Part shown: positions 23,729 to 40,905 of the stretch, piece by piece | Layout: each line of letters begins with the position of its first letter | Numbering within the stretch: position 1 is the stretch's first letter | Assembly (NCBI GenBank): GCA_951406725.2 | Contig: OX597818.1 | Span: 147,374,001 to 147,438,000 of the forward strand | DNA: 64,000 bases | From: Octopus vulgaris | Taxonomy: Eukaryota | Reading direction: 5' to 3' | Program-made: the position numbers and the translations under genes | The notes under the pieces: generated by a model | Databases searched by the model: none | Told to the model about the DNA's origin: nothing | The model's input: the letters and a program-made list of their open reading frames with translations, nothing else

Positions 23729-24614
23729 AGGTGCGCTGCAGGGCATCGACGACAGCAACGGTTGCCGATACTGGACATCGCCCCTCAATAACATGACGGC
23801 ACTCTACTGTTTCTGTGACAGATTATTGTAATAGTTCTCCATCTGGCTATTTTTCTCTAGGATTTTCCATCACCATTGCCATCGCGATAACTGTCATTAT
23901 TGTTTTCTAAAAGAAGAAATGGGATGAGAACTATTAGTTTTTGTTCTTGGATTTTTTACTAGTGTGGATGTTATTGTTCAAATTGGTGTGGTTGTCTTTT
24001 CTCTAGTTTGTTTATTCTGCCATCATATGTCTATCTAATCTTTTACGTGTTCACCAGTTTCTTCTCCAATTGTATTCCATTGGTATTTTATTACCTATCA
24101 CCTTAGATCTAAAATATAATCCTCCCATTTAAGAAACCAAATAAATAGTAAAAATACATGAATACTTCATTAAGACCACCCACCTGTCATAATTAAGAAT
24201 TTCGTCATACCCCAGCATAGCCGCAGTCCAACGAATGAAACAACTAAAAGAATAAAAGAATACAGTTATCCAGTATTTTATCCAATTGGTGCTCCTTCAA
24301 CAAAGTATTTGCTTGTTATAATAAATCGTTAAAACGAAGCGGGTTTAAATATAAAATCAGTTTTATTAATAACATCACTTCTCAGATACGTCAAAACAGG
24401 AAACGCGAATCCATTGGGTTTATTTTGGCTGTTAATTAAATACCAAAGAAACACAAATATAACATTTTTTAATAGAAATAGTTGAATACAAAAACTTATA
24501 AACAATAATTTGCATCTAATAATTCCTGTTTAAGTAATTGCTTGAAAGCCATAAATTGCCCTTTAAATAAGTGATATTTTTCAAAATCAATAGTTTATTA
24601 TACAAAAGCGTTTA

Positions 24615-24746
24615 CAGGCGCAGGAGTGGCTGTGTGGTAAGTAGCTTGCTAACCAACCACATGGTTCTGGGTTCTTCGGCTATAGCCCCGGGCCGACCAA
24701 TGCCTTGTGAGTGGATTTGGTAGACGGAAACTGAAAGAAGCCCGTC

Positions 24747-24808
<62 letters not shown>

Positions 24809-25005
24809 TTGTCCCCCTAGCATTGCTTGACAACCAATGCTGGTGTGTTTATGTCCCAGTCACTTAGCGGTTCGGCAAAAGAGACCGATAGAATAAGTAC
24901 TGGGCTTACAAAGAATAAGTCCTGGGGTCGATTTGCTCGACTAAAGGCGGTGCTCCAGCATGGCCGCAGTCAAATGACTGAAATGAGTAAAAGAGAGTAA
25001 AGAGC
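24615..25005 (+). mobile_element. SINE family 2 (tRNA head, CORE-like domain, internal (TA)n(TG)n, LINE-like tail), resembling octopus OR2-type CORE-SINEs
   Basis: GGCGCAGGAGTGGCTGTGTGGTAAG...GAAGCCCGTCG(TA)n(TG)n...GGCGGTGCTCCAGCATGGCCGCAG...CTGAAA. Many copies in the window. The family name is from recall, not from a search. Confidence 0.85.
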
Positions 25006-25074
25006 TAATAATTCAGTTTCCAAAGATTATGTCAAGTTAACATTAATTTTTAGGCGACGATCATTTTCATACAA

Positions 25075-25134
<60 letters not shown>

Positions 25135-25572
25135 TCACTCACTGATGTCAATAAATATTCATACGCATACACACACATATATCGATATATGTATTATTCT
25201 TATAACGAGAGCAATTAAATTTATACAAGTACACAGATATATTAAAATGCACATGCATATACACACAATATACACACATGCGTTTGTATTTATTGATAGC
25301 ACCACCCAACGATATGTTACTCAGAAATACGAGGTGAACATGGTTCTCATGTTCCTTTTAAACGTACATTTTAGTCTCACAGTACGGAATAGAGATCACG
25401 ATTAAACAATAGATTTTTCACTTAGTGACTAGAAAAACTAATTCTTCCAAATAGTTTCAGGCCTTATTATTAAGTTATCAGAGGTCGATTTCTAATTTTG
25501 TGAACCCGCAGTTAGCACCCGTTTCCTCGTCACAATATGGCAAAGACGTATGAGTGTTAAAAACATGTGCCT

Positions 25573-25703
<131 letters not shown>

Positions 25704-25727
25704 GGGGGATGTGTATGCACTTTCTTA

Positions 25728-25935
25728 TTTTACTACCTCCGCCTTAGCGAAGACGGAGGTATTGTTTTCAGTCGTGTTTGTTTGTTTGCTTGTCCGAGGA
25801 CGAGATATCCCAAGAACTGTTGGTTAGATTTGGATGACACTTTCAGAAATGTTTGGCCTCCTGATTGGCACGAACTGATTAGATTTTGTGATCGATCCGG
25901 TACCGGACAAGGATTCTGGATAATTCGTTATATTT
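25728..25935 (+). mobile_element. Non-autonomous Helentron/HINE-like fragment
   Basis: TACCTCCGCC..GGAGGTA subterminal hairpin followed by (GTTT)n, an arrangement typical of DINE-1/HINE elements. Confidence 0.5.
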
Positions 25936-26292
25936 ACTTTACATGATTACGATCTTACGTTGATTTTCAAGTCTTTCTCAGTTATCTCCCTTTAGGCTGT
26001 TTCCAAAGTTTTATTTTCGTTTCTTTATTATCAATTTTATTCGCGTCTCTATCTTAGTAGAAATAAATGGATAAATACATTAAAGTACATAAACAAACGG
26101 CAGCAAAACCGTTCAGAAATTAAATAAAACTGACATATTTTATAATATATATATTATACATACAAATTAACACTTTACAGTATACTTATATACAAACATA
26201 CATCTATACATCGATCCATTTGCTTTCATTTCTGTGTCTGTGTGCGCGCGCATGTGTGAGAGAGTGTTTCCAGGTCATTGCTTGTGCGTGTG

Positions 26293-26341
<49 letters not shown>

Positions 26342-26639
26342 GTGTGTGTTTGTGAGTGAGTGAGTGTTTAACTGTGTGTTTTCATTTCTGTGTGAGTTTG
26401 TGAGAGTGTGTGTTCGTGTTTTCATTTCTGTGTGTGTATTTGTTTGTGTGTGTGTGCGACAATTACAGCTATAGCAAACACTTTGACCAGTTCTAACATA
26501 CCCACATTTTCAGATCACTAACTTCTAAATCAAAAGAAATTCAATTTATTGGATCTTTAGCGACAATGTATTATTTTACACCGGTTGTGAAGCAGTGATG
26601 AGGGAGAAACTCAAAGACACACACATAGATTTACATATA

Positions 26640-27303
<664 letters not shown>

Positions 27304-30300
27304 TAACTTAGAATAACTTAGAAAGGTTTTGGCCAGTATTGGCCCAGGCCATGTCTAACTTAATAGCACCACCTGGTGAAGTCTTTCAGTTCAGGATTTG
27401 GGCATCAAGGCCCATTCGAGCAGAGAGTTATTGTTTGCGGAGACATATCCGGGTGTGGGTGGTTTGTCCGAGACTGTTTGAAGGAATTTGTCCAAAGACT
27501 TCTTGAATTTTGTGTGGTCAGTTTCTTTTTTGATGTGCCCTGGTGTAATGTTGAAGAGAGCAGGTCCAATTGAGGTGAAATAGTTGTGCCGTATTGTCGT
27601 TATGTGATGCGATTTAGATTTTTGTTGTGGACGGATGGCACGTGGTCCAAGCCTTGGATGCATTTTGAAGGTGATGCCAACATCATTCGGACAGTGCTGG
27701 TGGAATATTTTCCACATCATACAGATAATGTAGCGTTCACGGCGTCGTTGGAGTGAATACAATTTCAGCTTCTCTAGTCTACCCCAGTAGTCAAGGTCTG
27801 ACATGCCATCTATCTTTTTTGTGATTGACCTTTGGGGAGCTTCAATTCTCAATAATTTGTTTTGTGTAGGGAGACCACAGTGGACAGCAGTATTCAAGGT
27901 GGGGTCGGGCAAAAGTGGAGAAGAGAAGGATAATAGCGTGGGAATCTCTCGACTGGAAGGTTCTGAGAATCCAGGAACACATTCTGCGGGCCATGTCAAC
28001 TTTGCTGCTTATATGTGTAGCCCAGCTTATGTTGTTGTCCACTGTTACTCCCAGGTCTCTGATGTTGTTGGATGCCATGAGAATTTCTCCAGAAGGAAGA
28101 GAGTATGGGAGTTTCAGAGCGTCCTCCCTTCCAAAGTGGATCAGTTCAAATTTGTCTTCATTTAGCAACATGTTATTCTTTTCCGCCCATTGGACAACAG
28201 CCAGTAGGTCTGACTGAAGGTTTATTCGGTCATCCACGCCATTGATGACCTTCTGGAGCTTGGAGTCATCAGCGAAGGTTCTGATGTTACTGTGTTTGAT
28301 GGTGTCAGTAATATCATTTATGTAGATGATGAAGAGAAGTGGGCCCAACACAGTGCCTTGTGGGACACCACTGCTGACTTTGGCTGGGCTGGATTTGACT
28401 CCTTCGACTACAACATGTTGGGTTCTGTTAGACAGGAAGCACTTGATCCACTGTAGCAGCTTTCCAGTGACACAAATATTGGACAGCTTTCTGAAAAGGA
28501 TCTTATGATCAAACCTGTCAAAGGCCTTGCTGAAATCAAGGTAGATGACATCAGTGTTGGAACCCTCTCCCAAGGCTCTCAAAATGTCATCAAAATGATG
28601 CAGTAGCTGCGTCAGGCAATCCCTTCCATTACGGAATCCATGCTGGTTGGAGTTCAGCATATCATGACTCTCAAGGAAGTGAGTCATACGCGATCTCAGC
28701 ACTCTCTCAAATACCATAATGATATGAGAGGTGAGTGAGATTGGACGGTAATTCACGGCAAGCGATTTGTTTCCTTTTTTGAAAACTGGGAATACAAACT
28801 GGGATAGGTCTTCTGGTATATATCCAGCATCCAGTGAGTTCCGCCACAGATTGGCTCGAGTGGGTTCAAGTTGGTGTTGACACATCTTCAAGACACAAGC
28901 AGGGAACCTATCGGGACCTACTGCTGAATTATGCTTCATTTCCTTTATTGCTGCTAAGACATCAGGAGCGCCAAATGTTATGTCTGATAAAGTGTATTGG
29001 GGAGTAACATCACTGATACAGCCCAGATCAGTCATATCAGGATTGCTGAAAACAGAGCAATATTGTTTCTGCAATATCTCTCCCATGGTTTTGGCATTGT
29101 CTTGAAGAGTACCATTTTCATCAATCAGAGGGCCAACAGTAGAACCAGTGACTCTGTGTTTTTTTGCAAATGAAAAGAACACTTTGGGATTGAGTTTGAT
29201 CTTCTCAATGGCCCAGGCCTCTTCAGCTCTTCTCTGACTATTGATGATAGACATCATGTTGTTTTGGAGTTTATGTTTTTTAATCTCTAGCGACGAGATG
29301 GCAGTCAGGTTGGTGTGTTGCTGTTGACAGTATTTCAGCATGTTGATCTTTTTGTTGATTCTTTTAATTTTCCTTATGAGAGATTTTCTATTTCTAGGGA
29401 TTCGACACTTAGATTTGTTTGCAGATCTTAATGGGGTGTGTCTTGCACATATGTTCATGATGGTGTCTACAAGTGACTGCCAGGACTTTTTGATGTTAGT
29501 GGGTGTGTATGTGTGCGTGAAGGACCAATCGATTTGTGCAAGATCATTATTGATCGCTTCCCAGTTTGCATTGTGGAAATCCATAGTGTCAAATTGATGA
29601 ACAGGAGGGATGACATTTGTTTTGCATTTTGGCCAGTGAAATCTCAGATCACAGAGAACCATGTCATGGTCGGAGAGTAAAGTTTTCTCCACTGCAATAT
29701 TGTGGATAGTATCAGTGTGATTGCTGAAAATTAAGTCTAAGACGTTTTTGTGACATCTCGTTGGTTCGAGTACCAGTTGGGACAAGAAGAAGTCATCCAT
29801 GAAGTCAAGAAGCGATTCCACTGCCTTCCTGTCAGGGGTTGAGAGAGAAGAACCTGGCGGCAGACTGTTTGTAGACCAGTCAACCCCGGGAAGGTTGAAG
29901 TCTCCCATCATTAAAATGTTGTCAGGTTGACACTGCTGAATGAAACACTTTATGCTGTTGAGGCATTCCTTGAAGCATGGTAGGGGCGTTTGGGGTGGTC
30001 TGTAGAGCCCAACTACTGTTAAGTTGTTGGTTTGACTGAATACAGCGACTGCTTCGCAGTATCCATTCGAAAATATGTTCATGGCTTCTGTTGAGAATGA
30101 ATCATGGACATAAATGGCAGTCCCACCCTTTCTTCTGCCAGCACGATCAGCACGAATGGTTTTGAAATTTTTAACTTTCACCTCGGCTTCCAAGTGGAGG
30201 TCACTAAGATGGGTTTCAGTGAGGACGAAGAAAGGGATGTGGTTTGGATGGGCATCGACCCAGTCCTCCAGGAATCTTATCTTCCATTTTTGTGTATTGG

Positions 30301-31497
30301 TGGAAGGGCTGATGCCTTGGGCATTAAGCAGAAATGTTGAGGCGAGAGTGGATGGTTTTAATTGTTTTGGTGATTTGTTTATTTGATTGCTTTTCAATGG
30401 CATGTGCAGTGGGGTATTTGTGGTGGATGGTGGTGGGTGATAGCTCGGATGTTTTTTTCCAGTTCTTTTGCTAGATTCATTATAGCTAAAAAAGAGGAAG
30501 AAGAGGTGGTTTCCTGTCTAGGGAACCGCAGGTGACTGTGGCCGCGGCTATTTTTATGTGAGTGGTTATCTTTAAATGTCCGACGAGTCCCCGGGAGATG
30601 GGTAAAGGGGCAATCCCCGTGCAGAAGAGAATATCGGCACGTTAATGATGGGGTTCATATCGCACCATGGGTGTGTAGGTGCGTGTGTGTGTGTGAGCTG
30701 TGAAAGGTGTAGATGATAGTTTGTTGAAGTTTTGGCGACCTTTGTGACCTGTAGGAGGTAAATTCCTTGAGATAGCATTAGTAGTAGTAGCTGTAGTAGT
30801 AGTAGTAGTAGGTAGAAGAGATGTTGACAGTGGTAATGATTGAGGAGGTCGATTCCAAGACAAAGATGTTTGTCGATATATAGTGGGAGTAGTACTAGTA
30901 GTAGTAAGCAGAGGAGATGGTGTTGACAATGATGATGATTGAGCTGCTGGGGCAGTGAAAGGAATGGTGCTTCCTGCTGTGTGACCCTGATGAGGGGGTC
31001 AATCGTTTCATTTAGCAAATCGGCCATTGTAGATGAATCAAGAGTGGTTCATCCTTACAGCTAAAGTTGTTGTTGAGGTTGTTGTTGTTGCCTATATATA
31101 TATGCTGCTGAAGTTGTTGTTGTTGCTGTAGCTATATGTTGTTGTTGTTATGAGTTTGTTGTTGTTGAGGTTGTTGTTGTTTGTATATATATATTCGAAG
31201 AGAAAACACATCTCAGTTTATCGAAGTGTTTATTTATTAATTTAAAAGCAACTTCGATTTATATTTTAATTATTTTGGATCTGCTGTTCAGATCGAGTTT
31301 GCAAATGGTGAACTGTTCGTTTAGCAATTTCGTTCAGACACGAAGCACCTATGCTCTCTGTTTCGGTAAGGCCATGCCATGTGTTGATAAGAACGTCGAC
31401 TTCATTATCAGACCAGTTTTTGTTGGATTTTGGTGGCTAGCCATTCTGGTTGATATGTTTTATTAAATTTTATTTTGTTCGTTCGTTTTGTTGATTA

Positions 31498-31500
<3 letters not shown>
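27304..31500 (-). mobile_element. Near full-length CR1/Jockey-group LINE, family B (subfamily B1)
   Basis: ORF2 27842-30403 has APE motifs (LLNAQG, LTETHL, YRPP, GDFN, LSDH) and RT motifs (NYRPISLTS, DFSKAFD, GVPQGTVLGP, FADD). It frameshifts into 27391-27999 (LYSLQRRRER). Decayed ORF1 upstream. Tail (TTCTAAGTTA)2. (TA)n on both sides. Confidence 0.92.
27842..30403 (-). pseudogene. LINE ORF2, APE endonuclease + reverse transcriptase (C-terminal frameshift)
   Basis: 853-aa ORF with canonical APE and RT motifs. Confidence 0.93.
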
Positions 31501-31538
<38 letters not shown>

Positions 31539-31776
31539 AGAAGTATGTAGAATTGATTGTACAGAATGTTTGTTGTATATACTGAGAAGTTTGTATTTGA
31601 ATTATGAGCTTGTAGTTATTTTATCTTTCTTTTCTTTTCTTTTTTTTCCCTCTTTTTCTAATTTTTAATGTGTGGGTGATCCTTTAGTTATCAGAAGGTG
31701 TTTGAAAATATTTGGTCGTTTGAAAATTATGAATAATCCGTAACCAGATAATTCATCTTTCCATTTCAACAAACAC

Positions 31777-31829
<53 letters not shown>

Positions 31830-31888
31830 TATATATATATACACATCCATATATATATATATATATATGAATATATATATATACACAT

Positions 31889-31923
<35 letters not shown>

Positions 31924-31930
31924 TACACAT

Positions 31931-31978
<48 letters not shown>

Positions 31979-31980
<2 letters not shown>

Positions 31981-32358
31981 TTTGATACTTTGATAGGCTT
32001 CGGCCATTATTGGCCCAGGCCATGTCTAACTTAATAGCACCACCTGGTGAAGTCTTTCAAGTCAGAATTTGGGCACTATGGCCCACTCAAGTAGAGAGTT
32101 ATTGTTTACAGAGACATATCCGGGTGTAGGGGGTTTATCCGGGATTTCTTGAAGGAATCTGTCCAAAGACTTCTTGAACCCTATAGGGTCAGTTTCTGTT
32201 TTAATGTGTTTTGGTGTAATGTTAAAGAGAGCGGGGCCAATTGAGGTGAAATAATTGTGCCGTATTGTTGTTATGAGATGAGAGTGCGATTTTTGTTTTG
32301 GGCGGATGGCACGGGGCCCAAGCCTTGGATGTACCTTAAAGGTGATGCCAACATCATT
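31979..32358 (-). mobile_element. 5'-truncated LINE family B (subfamily B2) 3' end
   Basis: ORF 32062-32385 is paralogous to 27391-27999. Same 3' UTR but tail (ATCAAAGT)n. Confidence 0.9.
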
Positions 32359-32381
32359 TATATAAATATATATATACACAT

Positions 32382-32429
<48 letters not shown>

Positions 32430-32434
<5 letters not shown>

Positions 32435-32632
32435 TAATCCAAACATGAAAACACAAAGAGAAACCACAACAACACGAGGACGTGGAACAATATAGTATTA
32501 TTGGACGCTCAGGAAAGAAGGAAAGAAGGAGGGTTTAACGTTTCGAGCGGAGCTCATAGGAAAAGGAAAGTTCCAAAGAAGGGAATACGGAGAAAAAAAA
32601 AATCGACAACGGTACACACGCGGTTACATTTT
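32430..32632 (-). mobile_element. Probable Penelope-type terminal repeat fragment with a broken hammerhead
   Basis: Minus strand GAG-CTCCG-CTC-GAAA-CGTTA gives helix II, GAAA and a minimal helix III. CTGANGA is absent. Confidence 0.45.
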
Positions 32633-32649
32633 GAATATATATATACATG

Positions 32650-33058
32650 TAAATTTAAGTTAAAAATAATAAGGGTGAAAAATTGAATATTAATTTGATT
32701 AAAATGAATTTAAAACCAGTGGTGTTACATATAAGACCATAGCGGATCTTCTTCTAGCAAAATGGATGTCCACTGTTAATGGTTCATCCCTCTTATATAA
32801 TAGTTTCACTTTATTAGTTTCACTATTAAAGTGAAAGCATGTAACATTACAATACAGAGCTGTTTTTGTTTCACTTTTAACACGTAATACCGAAATAGTG
32901 GAGAAGATATGATATTGCTGTGGGCTCGCCCTCAGCTAGAAGTTAAAGTAAGGCATGTGCAAAATTTGAATAAAATTGGTTGTGTAGTTCTCAAGTTTTA
33001 GGGATTCACACAGACAGACAGACAGACAGACACACATTCTCAGGTTTATATATATAGA
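32650..33058 (-). mobile_element. Non-autonomous Helitron, 5' part
   Basis: Minus strand starts A|TCTATATATATAAA followed by (GTCT)n, the same layout as 45271-45649. Confidence 0.65.
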
Positions 33059-33154
33059 TATCTATCGATATATATATATATATATTTATACATACATATA
33101 TTTATATATATATATATATATTTATACATACATATATTTATATATATATATATA

Positions 33155-36030
33155 CTCAAATTCGGTGTGTGACACACTAATTGTACATATAAGGCAACTT
33201 GGCGTAGTTATATGTGCTCATCATCATTGTTCGACCGTGGTCGAGACAATGGAATTTACTATGTTACGCCAGACTTCACGGTCCATCATAGCATTACGGA
33301 GGTCCTGTTGCTGGATGCCTGTATCCCTGGAGATTACATCAGGGTAGGAGAGTGTGCGCCCTCTGGTATTGCGAGTAGATGGCTTCCAGATGCTACATAT
33401 CGCCCTCCAGATGCCCCAAGCCATGTGGGCAAGTTTGAAGACTGCCTTATAAAAATAGAAGAAATTCTAACCACATTAGAACAACACATAAGTGTACTTC
33501 TTATAGGAGACTTCAATCTGCCCAATGTCAGATGGCCCGAGGGCCTTTCTCTCCCAGGAATGACTCGATGCGAACGAGAACAGGCGAGGTCCCTCCTGAA
33601 CCTCATCAACACTCTGTATATGGAGCAAGTAATACTCCAACCAACCAGGGCAGGTAACATACTGGATCTCTGCTTCACAAATAATATGGATCTCATCCAT
33701 AATGTGAAAGTGACACCGACACTACTCTCGGATCACAACATGGTAGAGCTGACCATGTACGGGCCAAAGGAAAGCATGGGCATGTAGTCTACAAGAAACT
33801 CTCAGAATCTTTCCAGCTTGAACTTCCATAAGGCAAACTGGAAACGAATTGAGAAAGAGATCCTCAAACAAAACTGGCCTGAATGTCTCTCCTCGCCAGA
33901 CATCGGCATGAAACTCCAACAATTCATGTCTGTAATGCAAGCCATATGCTACAAATGTGTCCCAGAGAGAAAGGCCACTGTACACAAGAACAAAATCCCC
34001 AGAGAGAGGAAAATTCTAATAAGACGGCGTTTCAAATCGCCTAAATAAACAAATTGAAAGCAGTGAAAAGTCCCACCTGAAAATAAAACTGTTGGAAATT
34101 GAAAAATGTCTGCAACTCTCCCATGAAAAAGAAAGAGCAGACAAAGAAGCCTGGGCTATAGACAACATAAAATCTAACCCCAGAGCTTTCTACAGGTATG
34201 CCAAAGAAACAGCTACGGTGCACTGTAGGATAGGGCCACTCCTTGAAAAGGATGGCACACTTACAGGAAAACCAATGAGGGTAAGTGAAATACTGAATGA
34301 GCAATTCAAGAGTGTTTTCACTCCACCCCTTGGGCATCTCCAAATCACCAATCCAACTGACTTCTTTACCACTGCAGATATAAAATCAGAGGCAGCGATG
34401 ATTGATTACATCAATATAAAGGAAGACGATGTAATAAAGGCTATAGATGAAATGAAAACAAACTCAGCTACTGGCCCCAATGGATTCCCAGCAATCCTTC
34501 TAAAAGTATGTAAGAGAGTCCTAGCAAGACCACTGCAGTTCCTCGTTCAGAGCTTCCTTGCAACTGGCAAACTTCCAAGAAAACTGAAGGAAGGTAAAAT
34601 ATCCCCTATTCATAAAGGAGGTAGCAGAGCGGAGGCCAAGAACTACAGACCTATCTCTCTGACCTCACACATCAGCAAGGTCATGGAACGAATAGTCAGA
34701 AGGAAACTAATCACCTTCCTTGAAAGAAATGACTTGCTGCCTGACACCGAACATGGTTTCCGACCAGGGAGAAGCTGTTTAACTCAGCTCCTACAACACT
34801 ATGACTGGGTGCTGAAACGACTGCTCAACCACTCAAATATGGAAGTGATATATCTCGACTTTGCAAAGGCCTTTGATAAAATCAATCATGGAATGATATG
34901 TCACAAACTGCGTGATCTTGGCATAGTTGGAAAATTGGGAGAATGGCTTCATGACTTTCTGAAGGATAGAAGTCAGGTGGTAGTAGCCATTAACACGCAA
35001 ATAGTGAGCGGTGTTCCGCAAGGCACTGTTTTGGGACCACTACTGTTCATAATGGCCCTCTCAGGCATGCCCTCAGCCACGTAAAGAGCCACGATCACAA
35101 GTTATGCAGATGATGCAAAAGTTTCACAGGCAATACAGAACCCTGAAGACACTAAACACCTGCAATGTGAGCTGGAAGAAATATACAAGTGGGCTGAAAA
35201 GAATAGCATGCAGTTCAATGCTGAAAAGTTTCAAGCTTTATGCTATCAGCATGCAAAACTAAATGCAATGCCCAATAAATACACTGGACCTGGAGGGGTT
35301 GCAATCCCAGAGGCACAATCAGTGCGAGACCTGGGTATTTACATGAGTGATGATGCAACCTTTCATGTGCATGTTGCTAAATTGGCAATGAAATGTAGGC
35401 GGCTGACCGGATGGATTCTTAGAACCTTTAGAACAAGAGACCAGGAAACCATGATGGTCCTCTGGAGGATACTTGCCCTAAGCTACTTTGACTATTGCTC
35501 TCAGCTATGGTCACCATCCAGAGTCAAGTTAATCACAGAACTGTGCAGCATATAAGCTACTGGGAAAGACTCAAGAGATCAAGACTCTATTCCTTAGAGC
35601 GTAGGCGAGAAAGGTATGCCATAATATACATGTGGAAGATCCTAGAAGGACTTGTCCCAAACTTTGGCATCGAGAGTTACACAAATTTAGCATCAGGACT
35701 CCAAATTTAGCATCAAGATGTAGGACAAGATACTGTGATAGCCTGGGCTTCAGAGGCCCATAGTTCTTCAATATCCTCCCGAAGAACCTGAGAGACCTGC
35801 ATGGGGTGGATGCAGATGTCTTTAAAATAAAACTGGATCTCTTCCTGTCAGGTGTCCCAGATGAACCAACTTCACGGCAGGAGGTGCAGATGAGGGCAGC
35901 TGCATCGAACTCTCTCATGCACCAAATGGCAATTGCTAAAAGGCATTCGTGAAGTAAAATCATGTAGCAACACCAAATGGCGGTGCCCCAGCATGGCCAC
36001 AGCTCTTGAGCTGAAACTAGATAAAATAAA
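33155..36030 (+). mobile_element. 5'-truncated CR1/Jockey-group LINE, family A (diverged subfamily A')
   Basis: APE motifs (YRPP, GDFN, LSDH), RT 34092-35084, LYSLERRRER. 3' tail GGCGGTGCCCCAGCATGGCCACAG..CTGAAAC. Flanked by (TA)n. Confidence 0.9.
33219..33390 (-). mobile_element. ~170-bp 3' end of an RTE-type LINE inserted in LINE A'
   Basis: Minus ORF end ...RNAMMDREVWRNIVNSIVSTTVEQ* followed by a (TGA)n tail. TGCT is duplicated on both sides. Removing the insert restores VVICATYRPP. Confidence 0.78.
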
Positions 36031-36036
36031 AAAATA

Positions 36037-36096
<60 letters not shown>

Positions 36097-36177
36097 ACGG
36101 GAAGCTTTATGAAAATAGACAAAAGACGAAGGCAGGTGGAATACAAACAAACAATTATATATATATATATATATTGA

Positions 36178-36330
36178 TAGACGTAGGAGTGGCTGTGTGA
36201 TAAGTAGCTTGACAACGAACCGCAGTGTTCTGAGTTCAGGCCCACTGCGTGGCGACTTGGGAAAATGTATTCTATTAGAGCCTAGGGCCGACTACAGTCT
36301 TGTAGACGGAAACCGAAAGAAGCCCGTCGT
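36178..36330 (+). mobile_element. SINE family 2, 5' half (matching 3' half probably at 43989-44190)
   Basis: Head and CORE up to GAAGCCCGTCG(TA)n. Confidence 0.85.
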
Positions 36331-36348
36331 ATATATATATATGTACAT

Positions 36349-36380
<32 letters not shown>

Positions 36381-36385
36381 GTATG

Positions 36386-36421
<36 letters not shown>

Positions 36422-36422
36422 A

Positions 36423-36531
<109 letters not shown>

Positions 36532-36534
36532 GTA

Positions 36535-39705
<3,171 letters not shown>

Positions 39706-39821
39706 CATACATATATATATATACATATATATATATACATACATATATATATATACATACATACATATATATATTTTTATTGAAATGGATAAATGAATTA
39801 TCTTGTTACGGATTATTCAAA

Positions 39822-39874
<53 letters not shown>

Positions 39875-40112
39875 TGTATATAAGTATATATATATAGGTA
39901 TATATATAAACTGAAAGAAGCCCGTCGTATATATATATGTATACATACCAGTGGCGTGCGGTGACTTCCGGGGCTGGGCATGCAATGAATTTCTTCCCCC
40001 GGGCAATTTTTCAGTAAAAAAAATTTTCGAATTCCTACGATTTACATATGGGAGATTCTGAATATGCAATCAACCCCGTATGACCTAGAATTAAAAAAAA
40101 AAACGTCGCCCT

Positions 40113-40364
40113 GGTACTATTTAAGAAGAGTGGACCCGTTGCGCGCGCTCGCGCATCCGCGCTGGCTAGTCGTGACTAGTCGATCCTACGACTATCTAGC
40201 AAAGTAAATAAATTTTTTAAACAAAATATATAAAACACAAAAACACAAAGTAAATAATGTTTTAAACAAAGTAAATAAAACACAAAGTAAGGATCGACTA
40301 GTCACGACTAGCTGGCGTGGATGCTCGGGTGCGCGCACCGGGACCACTCTTCTTAAATAGTACC
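40113..40364. mobile_element. MITE with ~75-bp imperfect TIRs nested in the hAT element
   Basis: GGTACTATTTAAGAAGAGTGG...CTAGTCGTGACTAGTCGATCCT pairs with AGGATCGACTAGTCACGACTAG...CCACTCTTCTTAAATAGTACC. No TSD recognised. Confidence 0.8.
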
Positions 40365-40579
40365 CATGATTTTTAAATTGTTTGCAATACTCATCAAATT
40401 TGTTGAAATTCGAAAGTTCCATGAATTTAAACTCTTCTAAGGATGAATATCGTGCTTTTATTTGGTCAACTATTGTACTGATAATTTTGTTATAAAGCAT
40501 TTTATAATGTCGTTGGGGCTCAATAGATATATTCTTGGATCTCTGAATTCCGATTCCTGCATCGACTCCATATTTTCCC

Positions 40580-40905
40580 CCCGGGTTCAGTTCCACTGCG
40601 TGGCACCTTGGGCAAGGGTCTTCTACTATAGTCTCGGGCCGACCAAAGCCTTGTGAGTGGATTTGGTAGACGGAAACTGAAAGAAGCCCGTGGTATATAT
40701 GTATATATATATGCGTGTGTGTGTTTGTGCGTCTGTGTTTGTCCCCCTAGCATTGCTTGGCAACCGATGCTGGTGTGTTTATGTCCCCGTTACTTAGCGG
40801 TTCGGCAAAATAGACCGATGGAATAAGTCCCGGGGTCGAGTTGCTCGATTAAAGGCGGTGCTCGAGCATGGCCGCAGTCAAATGACTGAAACAAGTAAAA
40901 GAGAT
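40580..40905 (+). mobile_element. SINE family 2 copy nested in the hAT transposase
   Basis: CCGGGTTCAG..GCACCTTGGGCAAG...GGCGGTGCTCGAGCATGGCCGCAG..CTGAAACAAG. Confidence 0.88.

Noticed and set aside
23820-24560. Possible decayed Penelope fragments
   Set aside because: Only vague motif resemblance and too degenerate to support
29340-30386. Antisense ORFs over LINE and RT regions (also 1841-4496, 53525-53884, 58869-59474)
   Set aside because: Shadow frames of transposon coding sequence
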